From positions 6,711 through 70,710 of the forward strand of contig CAZRJH010000004.1 in NCBI GenBank assembly GCA_964600575.1: a stretch of 64,000 bases of DNA. The letters run 5' to 3'. The translations under genes and the position numbers were made by a program. Under the pieces are notes generated by a model. The model had not been told where the DNA came from and ran no database searches. It saw nothing but the letters and a program-made list of their open reading frames with translations. This document shows, piece by piece, positions 35,616 through 45,428 of this stretch (its first letter is position 1; every line of letters begins with the position of its first letter). This DNA comes from an uncultured Gammaproteobacteria bacterium (GTDB lineage: Bacteria > Patescibacteriota > Microgenomatia > UBA8517).

Positions 35616-37478
35616 ATGACCCGCCCAAAGCTATTTTCACTTTTTGTTGTATTAGGTGCCTTGTTCTTTTTTAATACAAAAGCCGCTTTTGCAATGGCTT
35701 GTGACATTGTTCCCGCAACTGCAACTTTAACTGTAGGACAGAGTGGCACTGCAACTGTCAGCATATCCAATGTAGGTGACGAAATAATTACCTATGCCCG
35801 GTTTATTAATCCGGATTCGGCTTATATGACTTTTACATCCGGCTCTTCAACTGGATTTTCTGCGAGTACGGATGGGCAAACAATCACTTTTTCTGGCGGT
35901 AGCGTCTTGCCTTCGGCAGGAGCAAGTTTTGCCGTTACCGTAACACCTCTGGCTGCCACAAGCGAAGAGTTGCAAATAGACGGATTTGTGTCGGCCGACG
36001 GTGGGGATTATACACAGTGTTATTCCAGTAGCGGTATAACCATTGTAGAACCTAGTGCAACAACTGCTCCTGCGGCAACGCCTACAACAATTACTGTTAC
36101 CAATACCGTTACAACGGTTACTACAACCACAAATACGGTTACGAAAGTTCTTAAAGACGAAACTCCTCCCTCTGTAAAAATACAAACCGAAATCAAAAAA
36201 ATATACGAGGAAGCCCCTTTGATTAAAGCGGTTGCTACAGACGGTAGCGGGATTTCCAAAATTGAATATTCAAACGATGCTGGCGCCAACTGGATACCCG
36301 TGGATATAGAAGACAATATAGGAAACAAAACAGTTACTTTTGGTTTTACTTCTGATATTACTGAAGACGGTGATTATAACCTAAAAATAAGAGCGACAGA
36401 TACTTCCGGAAACAAAACACTCTCTAAAGAGATAAAATTTACAATCGACAGACTCCCGCCTCGTACCGGTCCAATTTTAATAATGACCGGCCCGACAATT
36501 ATTTATCCCGATTCAAGCGGAATAACCAGACTGTTGGCGGGTGTGGATTATAAATTTATAGTGTCGGCCGCGGGCGGGCCCAACAAAATATCCATATTTT
36601 GTAACGATAAGTCGGTTGATTTTACTAAAAATTCTGACTCCGGATTTTGGTATTCTATGGGTAAATTCGATGAGGGTTTGGAATGCACAGCAAAACTAAA
36701 AGCCGAAGACGGAGCGGGCAATGTTCAAGAAGTAGAAAAAGGAAACATAAAAGTGAGCCCTTTGGGTAAATTTGAAAACGGAACAATCACGGTATATTGG
36801 TACGACGATTTTTTGAACAAGTTTATTAAATGGGACGGGGAAGCGTTTGGCCAGGAAAACCCGATAAAAACCGGGAAAAGTGGCGGTTACGGATTTGTCT
36901 TGCCTGCAGGTGGTAAGTACTATTTGGAGGCAAAATCTTTTGGCAAAAAGACGGGTATTTCGAATATTATAACCACAACCGAGACCGTATATATAAACGA
37001 TAATTGGACACTTTCACCCTTTTACACTTTTTGGCAAAAAAATGAGATAAAAAACTTGTCTCCTAAAGCAATCGGTGGCGGTGCTTGGCGACAAACGAAT
37101 ACAGATTTGCCTAATGTGGTTTTATCCGGATTTTCTACCTTGGAAGCTAGGGGAAAATTCACCGTCTTTGGCCTAGTAAGTTCCTGGCATCCACTTGCAA
37201 ACGACTACCTAAAAGTTGCGGATGAGCTTTCAAAAAACAAGGTTACTTTTATTCCCGTTTTGATCCAAGAAAAAGACGCGGCGGCAGGTTTTTTAAAAAG
37301 ACGCGGCGGATATAACCTTGATATTCTAGCCGATCCCGACGGAGAGCTTTTGAAAGATATTTCGGTTAACGGTTTGCCTACAACTTGGATAGTCAATAGA
37401 TTTGGAAAAATAATCCAAGAAAAAACAGGTAGCATTGACGCTCAGGAAATATTAAAAATGTTAACTTCCACGGAATAG
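35616..37478 (+). CDS. Exported protein with Thr-rich linker, Ig-like middle and C-terminal thioredoxin/redoxin-like domain lacking CxxC
   Basis: Signal peptide, a TTAPAATPTTITVTNTVTTVTTTTNTVT linker, and a C-terminal TlpA/ResA-like fold with SSWHPLAN in place of WCxxC. Confidence 0.45.
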   Translation: MTRPKLFSLFVVLGALFFFNTKAAFAMACDIVPATATLTVGQSGTATVSISNVGDEIITYARFINPDSAYMTFTSGSSTGFSASTDGQTITFSGGSVLPSAGASFAVTVTPLAATSEELQIDGFVSADGGDYTQCYSSSGITIVEPSATTAPAATPTTITVTNTVTTVTTTTNTVTKVLKDETPPSVKIQTEIKKIYEEAPLIKAVATDGSGISKIEYSNDAGANWIPVDIEDNIGNKTVTFGFTSDITEDGDYNLKIRATDTSGNKTLSKEIKFTIDRLPPRTGPILIMTGPTIIYPDSSGITRLLAGVDYKFIVSAAGGPNKISIFCNDKSVDFTKNSDSGFWYSMGKFDEGLECTAKLKAEDGAGNVQEVEKGNIKVSPLGKFENGTITVYWYDDFLNKFIKWDGEAFGQENPIKTGKSGGYGFVLPAGGKYYLEAKSFGKKTGISNIITTTETVYINDNWTLSPFYTFWQKNEIKNLSPKAIGGGAWRQTNTDLPNVVLSGFSTLEARGKFTVFGLVSSWHPLANDYLKVADELSKNKVTFIPVLIQEKDAAAGFLKRRGGYNLDILADPDGELLKDISVNGLPTTWIVNRFGKIIQEKTGSIDAQEILKMLTSTE

Positions 37479-37508
37479 AACAAAAGTTGTATTATTTAGT
37501 TACCTGCC

Positions 37509-38990
37509 ATGTGGACTATTTTTTCACTTTCTAATTTATATTTTGCTCTCAATGTCTTTAGTTCCCTGACGCTTTTTGCTGTTGCCTGGCTATATCTTGA
37601 CGCCTACAGGGCGCTCGACCAAAAGAAGGAACTATGGAAGGTTGCCGGGTTTGTGGTATTGGGAACGGCGTTTTTGTTTAGGGGGATGGACTTAACAGGG
37701 ATAGTGGGAACAAATCTAAGCGAATATCAATCGCTTTTTAAAAGCCTTGATTTATATATAAGAACGCTTGGATATTTACTGCTGGTTACAGGACTTTTGG
37801 TGGATCCTTTACAGCCAAAGCCGTCTGTTTCTATGGTATTTTTGATTGCGATCCCTTCTCTTTATTTTATCCAACCATTTTTGGCGGTTGTTGTTGCAAT
37901 CCTTTACCTTAGAAGGGCAAGTCTAGGACTAGAAAGACATATATATCCGCCAGCCTTCGCCTTTTTCTTTTTGGCTGTTTACGAAACCCTTTTTAGCCTT
38001 AATCTTTTTAGAGAAACCACAAACCTTGCTTATTTTAATCTTCTTACTCCGTTTGGAGTGGTCTGGTATTTGCAAATTATATTTTTAGCTTTTGGAATAT
38101 TCTTTTTGGCGAGATGGGTGTTTAGGTATCTCCTTAAACAGTTTGAGTCTCAGCTATTTATGATTCAAATGTCTCTAGTTTTGGCCATTTACCTAATCGT
38201 AACGGTTGGATTTACGGGTCTTTTAATAAACAATCTTAAAAACCAGATTCTCTTAGAACTAACATCTCAGGCCAAAGTCTTGGACTATGTATTCGAAACA
38301 AAACGAGGTCAACTCTTAAGCGATGCAAAATTAATTGCAAGACAGGGAAAGGTGGAAGATGATTTAACTCACGATAGTGTAGTTATTTTTGATTCTGACG
38401 GGGTTGTAACTTTTAGAGCCGAGGATGAAGAGCGTAAAGGCGATTCCGTTTCCGGAGACTCTTTGGTTAAAAAAATAATTGAAGGCAAGGAGGGCTCAAA
38501 TATTGTAGTTAAAGATGGAGCAGCCTCGCCTTTGGTGTATGTGGTATCCGGGGCTCCTTTGATATCAGACGGCAAGGTTACGGGCGGGGTTGTTGTCGGG
38601 GATATTGTCGACAATGCGTATTTGGAGGGTTTTGGTAAATTAACAGGTCTTTCGGCAGCTATCTATGGCGGAAATATTTTAGCGGCAGGGGGAACTTTGG
38701 GTGTTAAAGAAAGCGCCAAGGAGGTAAAAGAAAAAGTTTTGATAAAAGGGGAAACTTTGTCGGTAGAAAGCAGATGGTTAAACAGATCCTATTTGAGCGT
38801 CTACTCACCCATGAAAGATGTCGACGGTAACACTGTCGGGATGTTCTTTGTGGGTAGGCCTTCTGTTGATGTTTTATCACTAGCAAGTAGAACTCTCGAG
38901 GCCGTATTTTTGGGAACGATACTTTTACTGTTTTTGTCTATGATACCGGCGAAACTTATTGCAATTAGCATTTCTAGACAAATCAAATAG
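37509..38990 (+). CDS. Integral membrane sensor-like protein (N-terminal multi-TM bundle, soluble domain, C-terminal TM)
   Basis: 493 aa with about 8 TM helices followed by a domain of about 200 aa and a final TM. No output domain. Confidence 0.45.
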   Translation: MWTIFSLSNLYFALNVFSSLTLFAVAWLYLDAYRALDQKKELWKVAGFVVLGTAFLFRGMDLTGIVGTNLSEYQSLFKSLDLYIRTLGYLLLVTGLLVDPLQPKPSVSMVFLIAIPSLYFIQPFLAVVVAILYLRRASLGLERHIYPPAFAFFFLAVYETLFSLNLFRETTNLAYFNLLTPFGVVWYLQIIFLAFGIFFLARWVFRYLLKQFESQLFMIQMSLVLAIYLIVTVGFTGLLINNLKNQILLELTSQAKVLDYVFETKRGQLLSDAKLIARQGKVEDDLTHDSVVIFDSDGVVTFRAEDEERKGDSVSGDSLVKKIIEGKEGSNIVVKDGAASPLVYVVSGAPLISDGKVTGGVVVGDIVDNAYLEGFGKLTGLSAAIYGGNILAAGGTLGVKESAKEVKEKVLIKGETLSVESRWLNRSYLSVYSPMKDVDGNTVGMFFVGRPSVDVLSLASRTLEAVFLGTILLLFLSMIPAKLIAISISRQIK

Positions 38991-38991
38991 T

Positions 38992-39432
38992 ATGGAAGAC
39001 TCTGATATATCAAAAAAAGATAAATTAATATTCGGACTTGGTACTTTTGTTTTTGTTTTGGTTTTGGCGACCTCCGGCTGGCTCTTTTATTTTTATAATT
39101 TTGAATTTAATAAACAAAAAGCAAATGCGCCCGTTTCTCAAGAAACGGTGACAGAAACAAAAGAAAAGACGGTAGTGCAGGATTATAAAAATACCAATAT
39201 CGAGATATTAAACGGTTCGGGTAAACCCGGTGTTGCGGCCAAACTTGCCGAGAAGCTAAAAGCTAAAGGCTATACGGATATTGCCACGGGCAATTATGAC
39301 TCGGTGGTAATAGGTAACCTGCTTTTTGCTCCAAAAGAGATAGTTGGTTTTATAAATGATCTTAAAGATTCAGGTTTTGATGATTATAAATTTGCAAGCG
39401 CTTCGGCCATAAAAATTGTAATCGGAAAATGA
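38992..39432 (+). CDS. LytR_C (LytR/CpsA/Psr C-terminal) domain protein, membrane-anchored
   Basis: N-terminal TM segment, then IEILNGSGKPGVAAKLAEKLKAKGYTDIATGN...VVIGNLLFAP.... I chose the start at the ATG just after the upstream stop. Confidence 0.55.
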   Translation: MEDSDISKKDKLIFGLGTFVFVLVLATSGWLFYFYNFEFNKQKANAPVSQETVTETKEKTVVQDYKNTNIEILNGSGKPGVAAKLAEKLKAKGYTDIATGNYDSVVIGNLLFAPKEIVGFINDLKDSGFDDYKFASASAIKIVIGK

Positions 39433-39445
39433 CAACTTACTAAAT

Positions 39446-40555
39446 ATGAAAAATTGGTCTATACAAAAAAGATTCAGTTTTACCTTTGCAGTTACAGGAC
39501 TCTTTTTGGTTGTCGGGCTTTTGGTGGCTATTCAAATCTCGCTCTGGTCAAGGTTTAATAAAGTAGACGAGTTGACTGTTGCAGATAATTTGGCGAGGGT
39601 AGAAAAAACATATCAATATTTTTTAGATTCATTTCATGCGAAAGTTGCAGACTGGGGGCAGTGGGATGACACATATGAATTTGTTTCTGACTTAAACAGT
39701 GACTACATAGAAAGTAACTTGGTAGAGGCAACGCTTGTTAATTTAAAAACAGATGAACTTTTGTTTTTTAATTCCGATAAGGAGTTGGTCTACGCAACTG
39801 CCTCGTCTGCAATCTTTAAAAAAGAAAGTAACTTTCCCGGGGATGTGGAGTCTATTTTTTTGGAACACTCTGAAATATGGGATTCGATCCAAAAAAACGG
39901 ACACTTTTCTGGTCTCGTTAAAACGGAAGACGGAGTTTTAATTTACTCTGCTAGCCAGATTGTTAAAAGTGATGCTACCGGTCCGGCAAGAGGTGTGATT
40001 GTTTTTGGCAGATATATTGGTAAGTGGTTAACCGACGAATTAAGCAACATTTCCCGAATTCCCGTTTATCTTGATACCCAAAATACAGGCAAGAAAACTA
40101 AAGATGTTATTTATACAAACTACTCAATTCCGGTGCACGGAAGTGATAGTGTTGATCTTGTATTTGAAACAAAAAGAGACATTAGAAATCAGGTAGTTAG
40201 CGGTATGTATATTTTACTCACTGCAACAATACTCCTGGTTACGATATCTATTGCCTTTAACTATTACTCGATCTACAACTATATTATTCTTGATTTGCAG
40301 AACTTAAAGAGAGAGCTTTCGGTTATCACAGAGCGCGAAGGAAATGGCCGAATGAAAAGAGGTGGAATAACCTCTGATATAGACGAGATAAGAGACGATC
40401 TTAATTATCTTTTGGAAAATTTGGATAAGGCAAAAATGTCTCATCAACAAAAAGCGGAAGAGCTTAAGATGTTAAATGATTTAATGGTTGATCGAGAAAT
40501 AAAAATGACCGAACTAAAAGCTGTAATTGCGGATCTCAAAAAGAAAATATTATAA
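39446..40555 (+). CDS. Membrane-anchored periplasmic sensor-domain protein (CHASE4-like pattern, unverified) with C-terminal coiled coil
   Basis: N-terminal TM, an extracytoplasmic domain of about 230 aa, a second TM and a cytoplasmic helix of about 80 aa. No kinase or output domain. Confidence 0.4.
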   Translation: MKNWSIQKRFSFTFAVTGLFLVVGLLVAIQISLWSRFNKVDELTVADNLARVEKTYQYFLDSFHAKVADWGQWDDTYEFVSDLNSDYIESNLVEATLVNLKTDELLFFNSDKELVYATASSAIFKKESNFPGDVESIFLEHSEIWDSIQKNGHFSGLVKTEDGVLIYSASQIVKSDATGPARGVIVFGRYIGKWLTDELSNISRIPVYLDTQNTGKKTKDVIYTNYSIPVHGSDSVDLVFETKRDIRNQVVSGMYILLTATILLVTISIAFNYYSIYNYIILDLQNLKRELSVITEREGNGRMKRGGITSDIDEIRDDLNYLLENLDKAKMSHQQKAEELKMLNDLMVDREIKMTELKAVIADLKKKIL

Positions 40556-40560
40556 AAAAC

Positions 40561-41670
40561 ATGATTTTTAACGCCGAAATATCAAACCGTCGGATAATTG
40601 GAAACGGTACATGGGAAATCACTTTTACACACACAAGGGATGATTTTTATTTTAATGCCGGGCAATATATATGGCTCATTTCTCCTACGGCACGAAAAGC
40701 GTTTTCAATTACATCCTCTTCGGCAGACCCGCTTAAGTTGCAGGTTGTTTTTAGAGAAAATCCTGGAAGCAATCTAAAGAAATTTATCCTTGATGGAGAA
40801 AATAGAAATCTCAAGATCAAAGGCGCGTGCGGTTTTCTGCGCTCTCCCGCAAAAGGAGATAAAACTGTTTACATTGTAGGCGGAGTCGGAATTGCCCCTG
40901 TTCTCAGTATTGTCAGAAGCCTCAGGGATAAAAACGAATCCCGTGATATCGAGATAATTTTTGCAAACCACTCCTCTCAACACCAGTTCTATGTTGATGA
41001 GTTACAAGCCTACCCATTTGTTAGATTGACAAACATAGTAGGAAGATTCACTGGAAACGAGTTTTCCCCCAAACCCGATTCAAAATATTATATTTTTGGA
41101 AAACAGGATTTTGTGGACTCAGTTTACAAAATTCTTTGCGGTAAGGGAGTTTTGGAGAACAATATATTTTTTGAAGAAAATTATCCAAGCAGGATTCCTT
41201 TTGAGTTAAATTTGGCGGAGGATACCTATTTTAAACATGCCGTGGACCAGTCGATTAACCACATTGTAATGACCGACATCAACGGAAGGATTTGTTATGC
41301 AAACCAGGCTGCAACGGAAACAACAGGTTATTCTTTTGAAGAAATGAAAGGGCAAACTCCAAGACTCTGGGGAGGACTTATGCCCGAGTCGGTTTATAAG
41401 GAGTTTTGGAAGACTCTGCTTGTCGACAAAAAACCTTTTAGGGGAGAGTTTAAAAATCAGCGTAAGAACGGGGATTTGTATGACGCGCTAGCAATGATTT
41501 CTCCGATTACAAATAAAAATAGTGATATAGTCGGGTTTTTGGGAATAGAGCAGAACATTACGCAGACAAAAGCTTCAGAAGAAAACTTGAAAAGACTTAC
41601 GGAGCTCATGGTTGGCAGGGAGCTGGAAATGATTGAGCTAAAAAAACAACTAAAAAATGGAAAACAATAA
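40561..41670 (+). CDS. FNR-like FAD/NAD(P)-binding reductase domain fused to a PAS domain
   Basis: RKAFSITSS (RxYS-type FAD motif) and GGVGIAPVLS (GGxGxxP), followed by a PAS fold (INHIVMTDINGRICYANQAATETTGYSFEEMKGQ...) and a C-terminal coiled coil. Confidence 0.5.
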   Translation: MIFNAEISNRRIIGNGTWEITFTHTRDDFYFNAGQYIWLISPTARKAFSITSSSADPLKLQVVFRENPGSNLKKFILDGENRNLKIKGACGFLRSPAKGDKTVYIVGGVGIAPVLSIVRSLRDKNESRDIEIIFANHSSQHQFYVDELQAYPFVRLTNIVGRFTGNEFSPKPDSKYYIFGKQDFVDSVYKILCGKGVLENNIFFEENYPSRIPFELNLAEDTYFKHAVDQSINHIVMTDINGRICYANQAATETTGYSFEEMKGQTPRLWGGLMPESVYKEFWKTLLVDKKPFRGEFKNQRKNGDLYDALAMISPITNKNSDIVGFLGIEQNITQTKASEENLKRLTELMVGRELEMIELKKQLKNGKQ

Positions 41671-43399
41671 TTGGCGGAAAACATTACTGTCATCGATTCT
41701 TGTAATCGGATCGACCACTTTAACAATCTTCTCTATTGTTTATTTTAGTCGCGGACATTACATGCTTGGTATTATCGAAGGCGTTGCGTCATTGGGTATG
41801 ATCTGTGCGATATTTTTATCGAAAAAGTATTTTCAGGCGGCAGGAATGCTGGGTTGGTTTGGTGTATTTGTGGTGCTTACCACAATCCTGTTTACTGGTG
41901 GAATTGAGGGAAGTGGAATTGTCTGGTGGGGACTTTTACCCGTTATAAACTTTGCTATATTCGGGCTTTCGGGCGGGTTGGTAACCACAATCTTTTCGGT
42001 GGTGGCTTTGCTGTCGCTTACTTTATTGAAGTCTTTTGGCTATGCCGACACTTTTTTCGAGGGAGGTATTCTGAGGCAGGCGGCCGTTGTGGTATCGGTA
42101 ATAGGATTCATTATGTACTACTTCGAAAAAATCGCAGGGGAAGCCAGAAACGAAGCTTTCGCAAAATCAAAGCTTTTGCAGGAAACCAATCTAAAAGTGG
42201 AAGAAAGCTTGCACAACCTTTCGGAAGAAAAAATTAATCAGGACAGAATCAGAAAAGCCGTTTTAAATATTTTGGAAGATACCAAGCAGGCAGATATTGA
42301 TCTCAAAAAGGAAAAGGAGGGTATCGAAGATAAAGTTCTTATTAGAACCAAAGAACTCAGCGAAGAAAAATCTAAATTATTGGCATCTATAAACGCGTTT
42401 GCAAAAGGCTTGGTTATGGTAGACACCGAAGGTAAAGTTATTCTTTCTAACTCACGGCTTTCTCAAATACTGGGTGGTAGCGATGAAGTTTGGGATTTTC
42501 AGAAAATCAAAAATGCTATTTCCGGTATTTACGATATTGGTTCGGCTTACAAGACGGTTCTCGAAACTAAAAAAAACATAACGGCAAAAGAGTTGCAGTA
42601 TAAAGACAAATACATAGACCTTCATGTTTCTCCTGTAACCAACAACAAGACTCTTATTGGTGTGTTGATAACAATTGGTGATATAACCGAAGAGAAGATA
42701 GTTGACAGATCAAGAGATGAATTTTTCTCTATTGCCAGCCACGAACTTAGAACCCCGCTTACGACAATTAGGGGCAATACCGCCTTAATTCAGCAGGTGT
42801 ATCTTAACAAATTTAATGATGCCGATTTAACAGAAATGGTTAGTGACATCCATGAATCTGCCATTAGACTTATCGGGATAGTTAACGACTTTTTGAATGT
42901 AAGCAGGCTGGAAATGGGGAGAATGCAGTTTAAAACAGAAGATTTTGACATTATTGCTTTAGCTAAAAAAACAGCCGAAGAAATTGACGACAAAAACGAT
43001 AAAGTTGATATAAAAATTTTGGCAACAAGCCCAGCGTTAAAAGTTTTTGCGGACGAAGGAAAGACGAAAGAAGTTCTTGTGAATTTAATCGGGAACGGGG
43101 TTAAGTATACCGGCCAGGGAACAGTCGAGGTATCTTTTAAACAAGAAGGGAGTAAAACCAATGTATATATTAGCGATAACGGTAAAGGTATAGCACCCGA
43201 AAATCAAAAGCTTTTGTTCCATAAATTCCAGCAAGCGGAAGACAGTTTACTGACTCGTGATACTACCAAAAGTACAGGGTTAGGGCTTTACATAAGCAAG
43301 ATGATGTTGGAAGGAATGTCGGGTAAGCTCTGGCTTGAAAAGTCCGAATTTGGAAAAGGATCTGTTTTTGCATTTAGTTTACCTACCTCAAAAGCCTAA
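41657..43399 (+). CDS. Sensor histidine kinase (multi-TM N-terminus, coiled coil, PAS, HisKA, HATPase_c)
   Basis: H-box SHELRTPLTTI, N-box LIGNGVKYT and G-boxes DNGKGI and GLGLYISK. Confidence 0.85.
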   Translation: MENNNWRKTLLSSILVIGSTTLTIFSIVYFSRGHYMLGIIEGVASLGMICAIFLSKKYFQAAGMLGWFGVFVVLTTILFTGGIEGSGIVWWGLLPVINFAIFGLSGGLVTTIFSVVALLSLTLLKSFGYADTFFEGGILRQAAVVVSVIGFIMYYFEKIAGEARNEAFAKSKLLQETNLKVEESLHNLSEEKINQDRIRKAVLNILEDTKQADIDLKKEKEGIEDKVLIRTKELSEEKSKLLASINAFAKGLVMVDTEGKVILSNSRLSQILGGSDEVWDFQKIKNAISGIYDIGSAYKTVLETKKNITAKELQYKDKYIDLHVSPVTNNKTLIGVLITIGDITEEKIVDRSRDEFFSIASHELRTPLTTIRGNTALIQQVYLNKFNDADLTEMVSDIHESAIRLIGIVNDFLNVSRLEMGRMQFKTEDFDIIALAKKTAEEIDDKNDKVDIKILATSPALKVFADEGKTKEVLVNLIGNGVKYTGQGTVEVSFKQEGSKTNVYISDNGKGIAPENQKLLFHKFQQAEDSLLTRDTTKSTGLGLYISKMMLEGMSGKLWLEKSEFGKGSVFAFSLPTSKA

Positions 43400-43439
43400 G
43401 TATTGTAATTTGATACATATATCTGCTATATAATAAATT

Positions 43440-43838
43440 ATGGCAAAAGTTTTAATTGTTGAAGACGACCCCTTGATAAGCAGGATGTATCAAAAGATAT
43501 TTAAGTTCGAAGGCTACGAAGTAGAAACCGCCGCCGACGGTGAGGAAGGGGTAGATAAAGTTAGAACGGCAAAGCCTACAATTGTCATTTTAGATGTCAT
43601 GATGCCTAAAATGAACGGACTCCAGGTGCTTGCAAAACTAAAGTCGGATCCTGAAACCAAAAAAATCCCCGTTGTAATGCTTACCAACTTGGCAGGACAA
43701 TCCGATGCCGAGAAAGCGCTGTCTATGGGTGCTATCAAATATATAATCAAGTCCGAGTATGAGCCTAAACAGGTAACAGACATGATCAAAGAAGTTTTGG
43801 CGGGTTATACCAGGGATAGCATTCCCGGGTCGAATTAA
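43440..43838 (+). CDS. Response regulator, stand-alone receiver domain
   Basis: 132 aa with the motifs VEDD, VILDVMMPKMNG and a conserved Lys. Confidence 0.85.
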   Translation: MAKVLIVEDDPLISRMYQKIFKFEGYEVETAADGEEGVDKVRTAKPTIVILDVMMPKMNGLQVLAKLKSDPETKKIPVVMLTNLAGQSDAEKALSMGAIKYIIKSEYEPKQVTDMIKEVLAGYTRDSIPGSN

Positions 43839-43839
43839 A

Positions 43840-44226
43840 ATGTACAATCATTTACTTTACTTCTCTTATTGGTTGGTAAACGCATTGGTAATTTATTTGT
43901 TTAACAATTTCTTTGGATCGGATGTTGTTTTGGGTAACTGGAAATTTGGAGTAGTGGAAGCAAGCTTGTATGCATCATTTTGGGTGACTTTTGTTATTTG
44001 GTGTTTTTGGGACTTTGCCATTGCCAAAGGTTTACAATTTGATTCTCCTGTTGTGGTTTTTGGATATTTCTGGGTCGTTAACCTCTTTGCTTTCTGGCTT
44101 GTGTCCAGATTCTCAAGTTATTTTGGCTTTGGAGTAACAAGTTATTTTTGGCCTGCAGTGATCGCTTTGGTTGCCCATGCACTCCAAAGATGGGTAAGGA
44201 GATTTTTTGTAAGTGCTTCGGTTTAG
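43840..44226 (+). CDS. Small polytopic membrane protein, hypothetical
   Basis: 128 aa with four hydrophobic helices. Confidence 0.45.
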   Translation: MYNHLLYFSYWLVNALVIYLFNNFFGSDVVLGNWKFGVVEASLYASFWVTFVIWCFWDFAIAKGLQFDSPVVVFGYFWVVNLFAFWLVSRFSSYFGFGVTSYFWPAVIALVAHALQRWVRRFFVSASV

Positions 44227-44706
44227 TTAGGGATCAAGAACAGATTTATCGTCATCTTCTTCTGAATTATCTGCCTGTACTTCCTTTTTGTTAAACATAG
44301 ACCAAACACCTTTGAGTGCAAAAATGACTACTCCAACGGCCAAAAGCACACTCCCATATGCAATAGACAATGTCCATTGTATTGTCGTCATTTTAAAACC
44401 GTTTGCAAGCTGCTGTATTGAGTAGAATTCGGCCAATACACCGATAAACGATATGATAGCGATCTTTGCAATGTATTGACCTTCTATGAGGCTTACAATA
44501 AGCATGACAGATAAAAACAGGGCAAAACTTCTTATTGCTATAGCTGCGGCCGTAAATGGATATGTGTTTAAAAGGACCGGGGATGTTAGAAAGGCAACAG
44601 GATTTCCAACGGTTATTGTGACTGCGCCTGCGATTTTATCTATACCAAATGCTAATAAAAACCCTACTATGGCTACACCTAGCCACGTTTCTTTTGTAAT
44701 TTTCAT
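44227..44706 (-). CDS. Small polytopic membrane protein, hypothetical
   Basis: 159 aa with four to five hydrophobic helices and an acidic tail. Confidence 0.45.
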   Translation of the reverse strand: MKITKETWLGVAIVGFLLAFGIDKIAGAVTITVGNPVAFLTSPVLLNTYPFTAAAIAIRSFALFLSVMLIVSLIEGQYIAKIAIISFIGVLAEFYSIQQLANGFKMTTIQWTLSIAYGSVLLAVGVVIFALKGVWSMFNKKEVQADNSEEDDDKSVLDP

Positions 44707-44785
44707 TTCAACTGTTTTTACACTTTGAGGGTTAATAAATCAAGATGTTCTTGCAGAATTTTGCAAATGATTCAATATTTTTTTA

Positions 44786-45406
44786 TTAGAAGACATTGTC
44801 AAAGTAGTCGTAGCTGAGCCCGGCTCTACCTGTCCAGTTTGATGAATAGCTGGAGGTTCCTTTGGTGTATCTATAGGCACCGGACGAGTCCTCTTTCATT
44901 ATGTACCAGTTTCCAGCTTTGTTCATATAGCCATAATATGCAGGAGAAGAATCGTCTAAATCGGTGATATTGTAGCCGTCGGTGGGGTGTTTTTCAGCCG
45001 GATCAATCTTGTTGCCCGCGGTATCTTTGATAGAGACTGTACCTGGGCCAGGAACGCTACCAAAGAAGGCAGCTTCGGCTCTTTTGGTAAAAAGGGAAAA
45101 CAAGAACAAGGTGAGGCCTGCTGTCCCTATGAGTTTTAGAAAAGCTCTTCTGTCGGTGTCGACCCCTTCTTTTTTAAGCTTTTCAACCTCCGGCTCTTTC
45201 TTGCTTTGAAGGACGACGACTTCCACTTCTTCGGGAGCTTTAATAGCTTTGCTTTTTCTGGGGTATATTTTTACGCCAAAGTAAAAAAGGAGCGGGAAAA
45301 AAGCCGAAGCAACGGCAAGTTGTGTCGGGTTTTGGGCAGTAAGCATCCCGGCAATTACTATCAGGCTTACTATGACAAAGTTGTAATATACGAGCAGTTT
45401 TTTCAT
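44786..45406 (-). CDS. Membrane-anchored exported protein with internal twin-arginine-like motif (DRRAFLKLIG...AEA)
   Basis: N-terminal 2-TM domain shared with the two downstream paralogues, then a charged linker, TDRRAFLK, a hydrophobic stretch, AEAAFFG and a Tyr/Ser/Gly-rich domain. Confidence 0.5.
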   Translation of the reverse strand: MKKLLVYYNFVIVSLIVIAGMLTAQNPTQLAVASAFFPLLFYFGVKIYPRKSKAIKAPEEVEVVVLQSKKEPEVEKLKKEGVDTDRRAFLKLIGTAGLTLFLFSLFTKRAEAAFFGSVPGPGTVSIKDTAGNKIDPAEKHPTDGYNITDLDDSSPAYYGYMNKAGNWYIMKEDSSGAYRYTKGTSSYSSNWTGRAGLSYDYFDNVF

Positions 45407-45428
45407 TTATTGATTTTAATATATAAAA

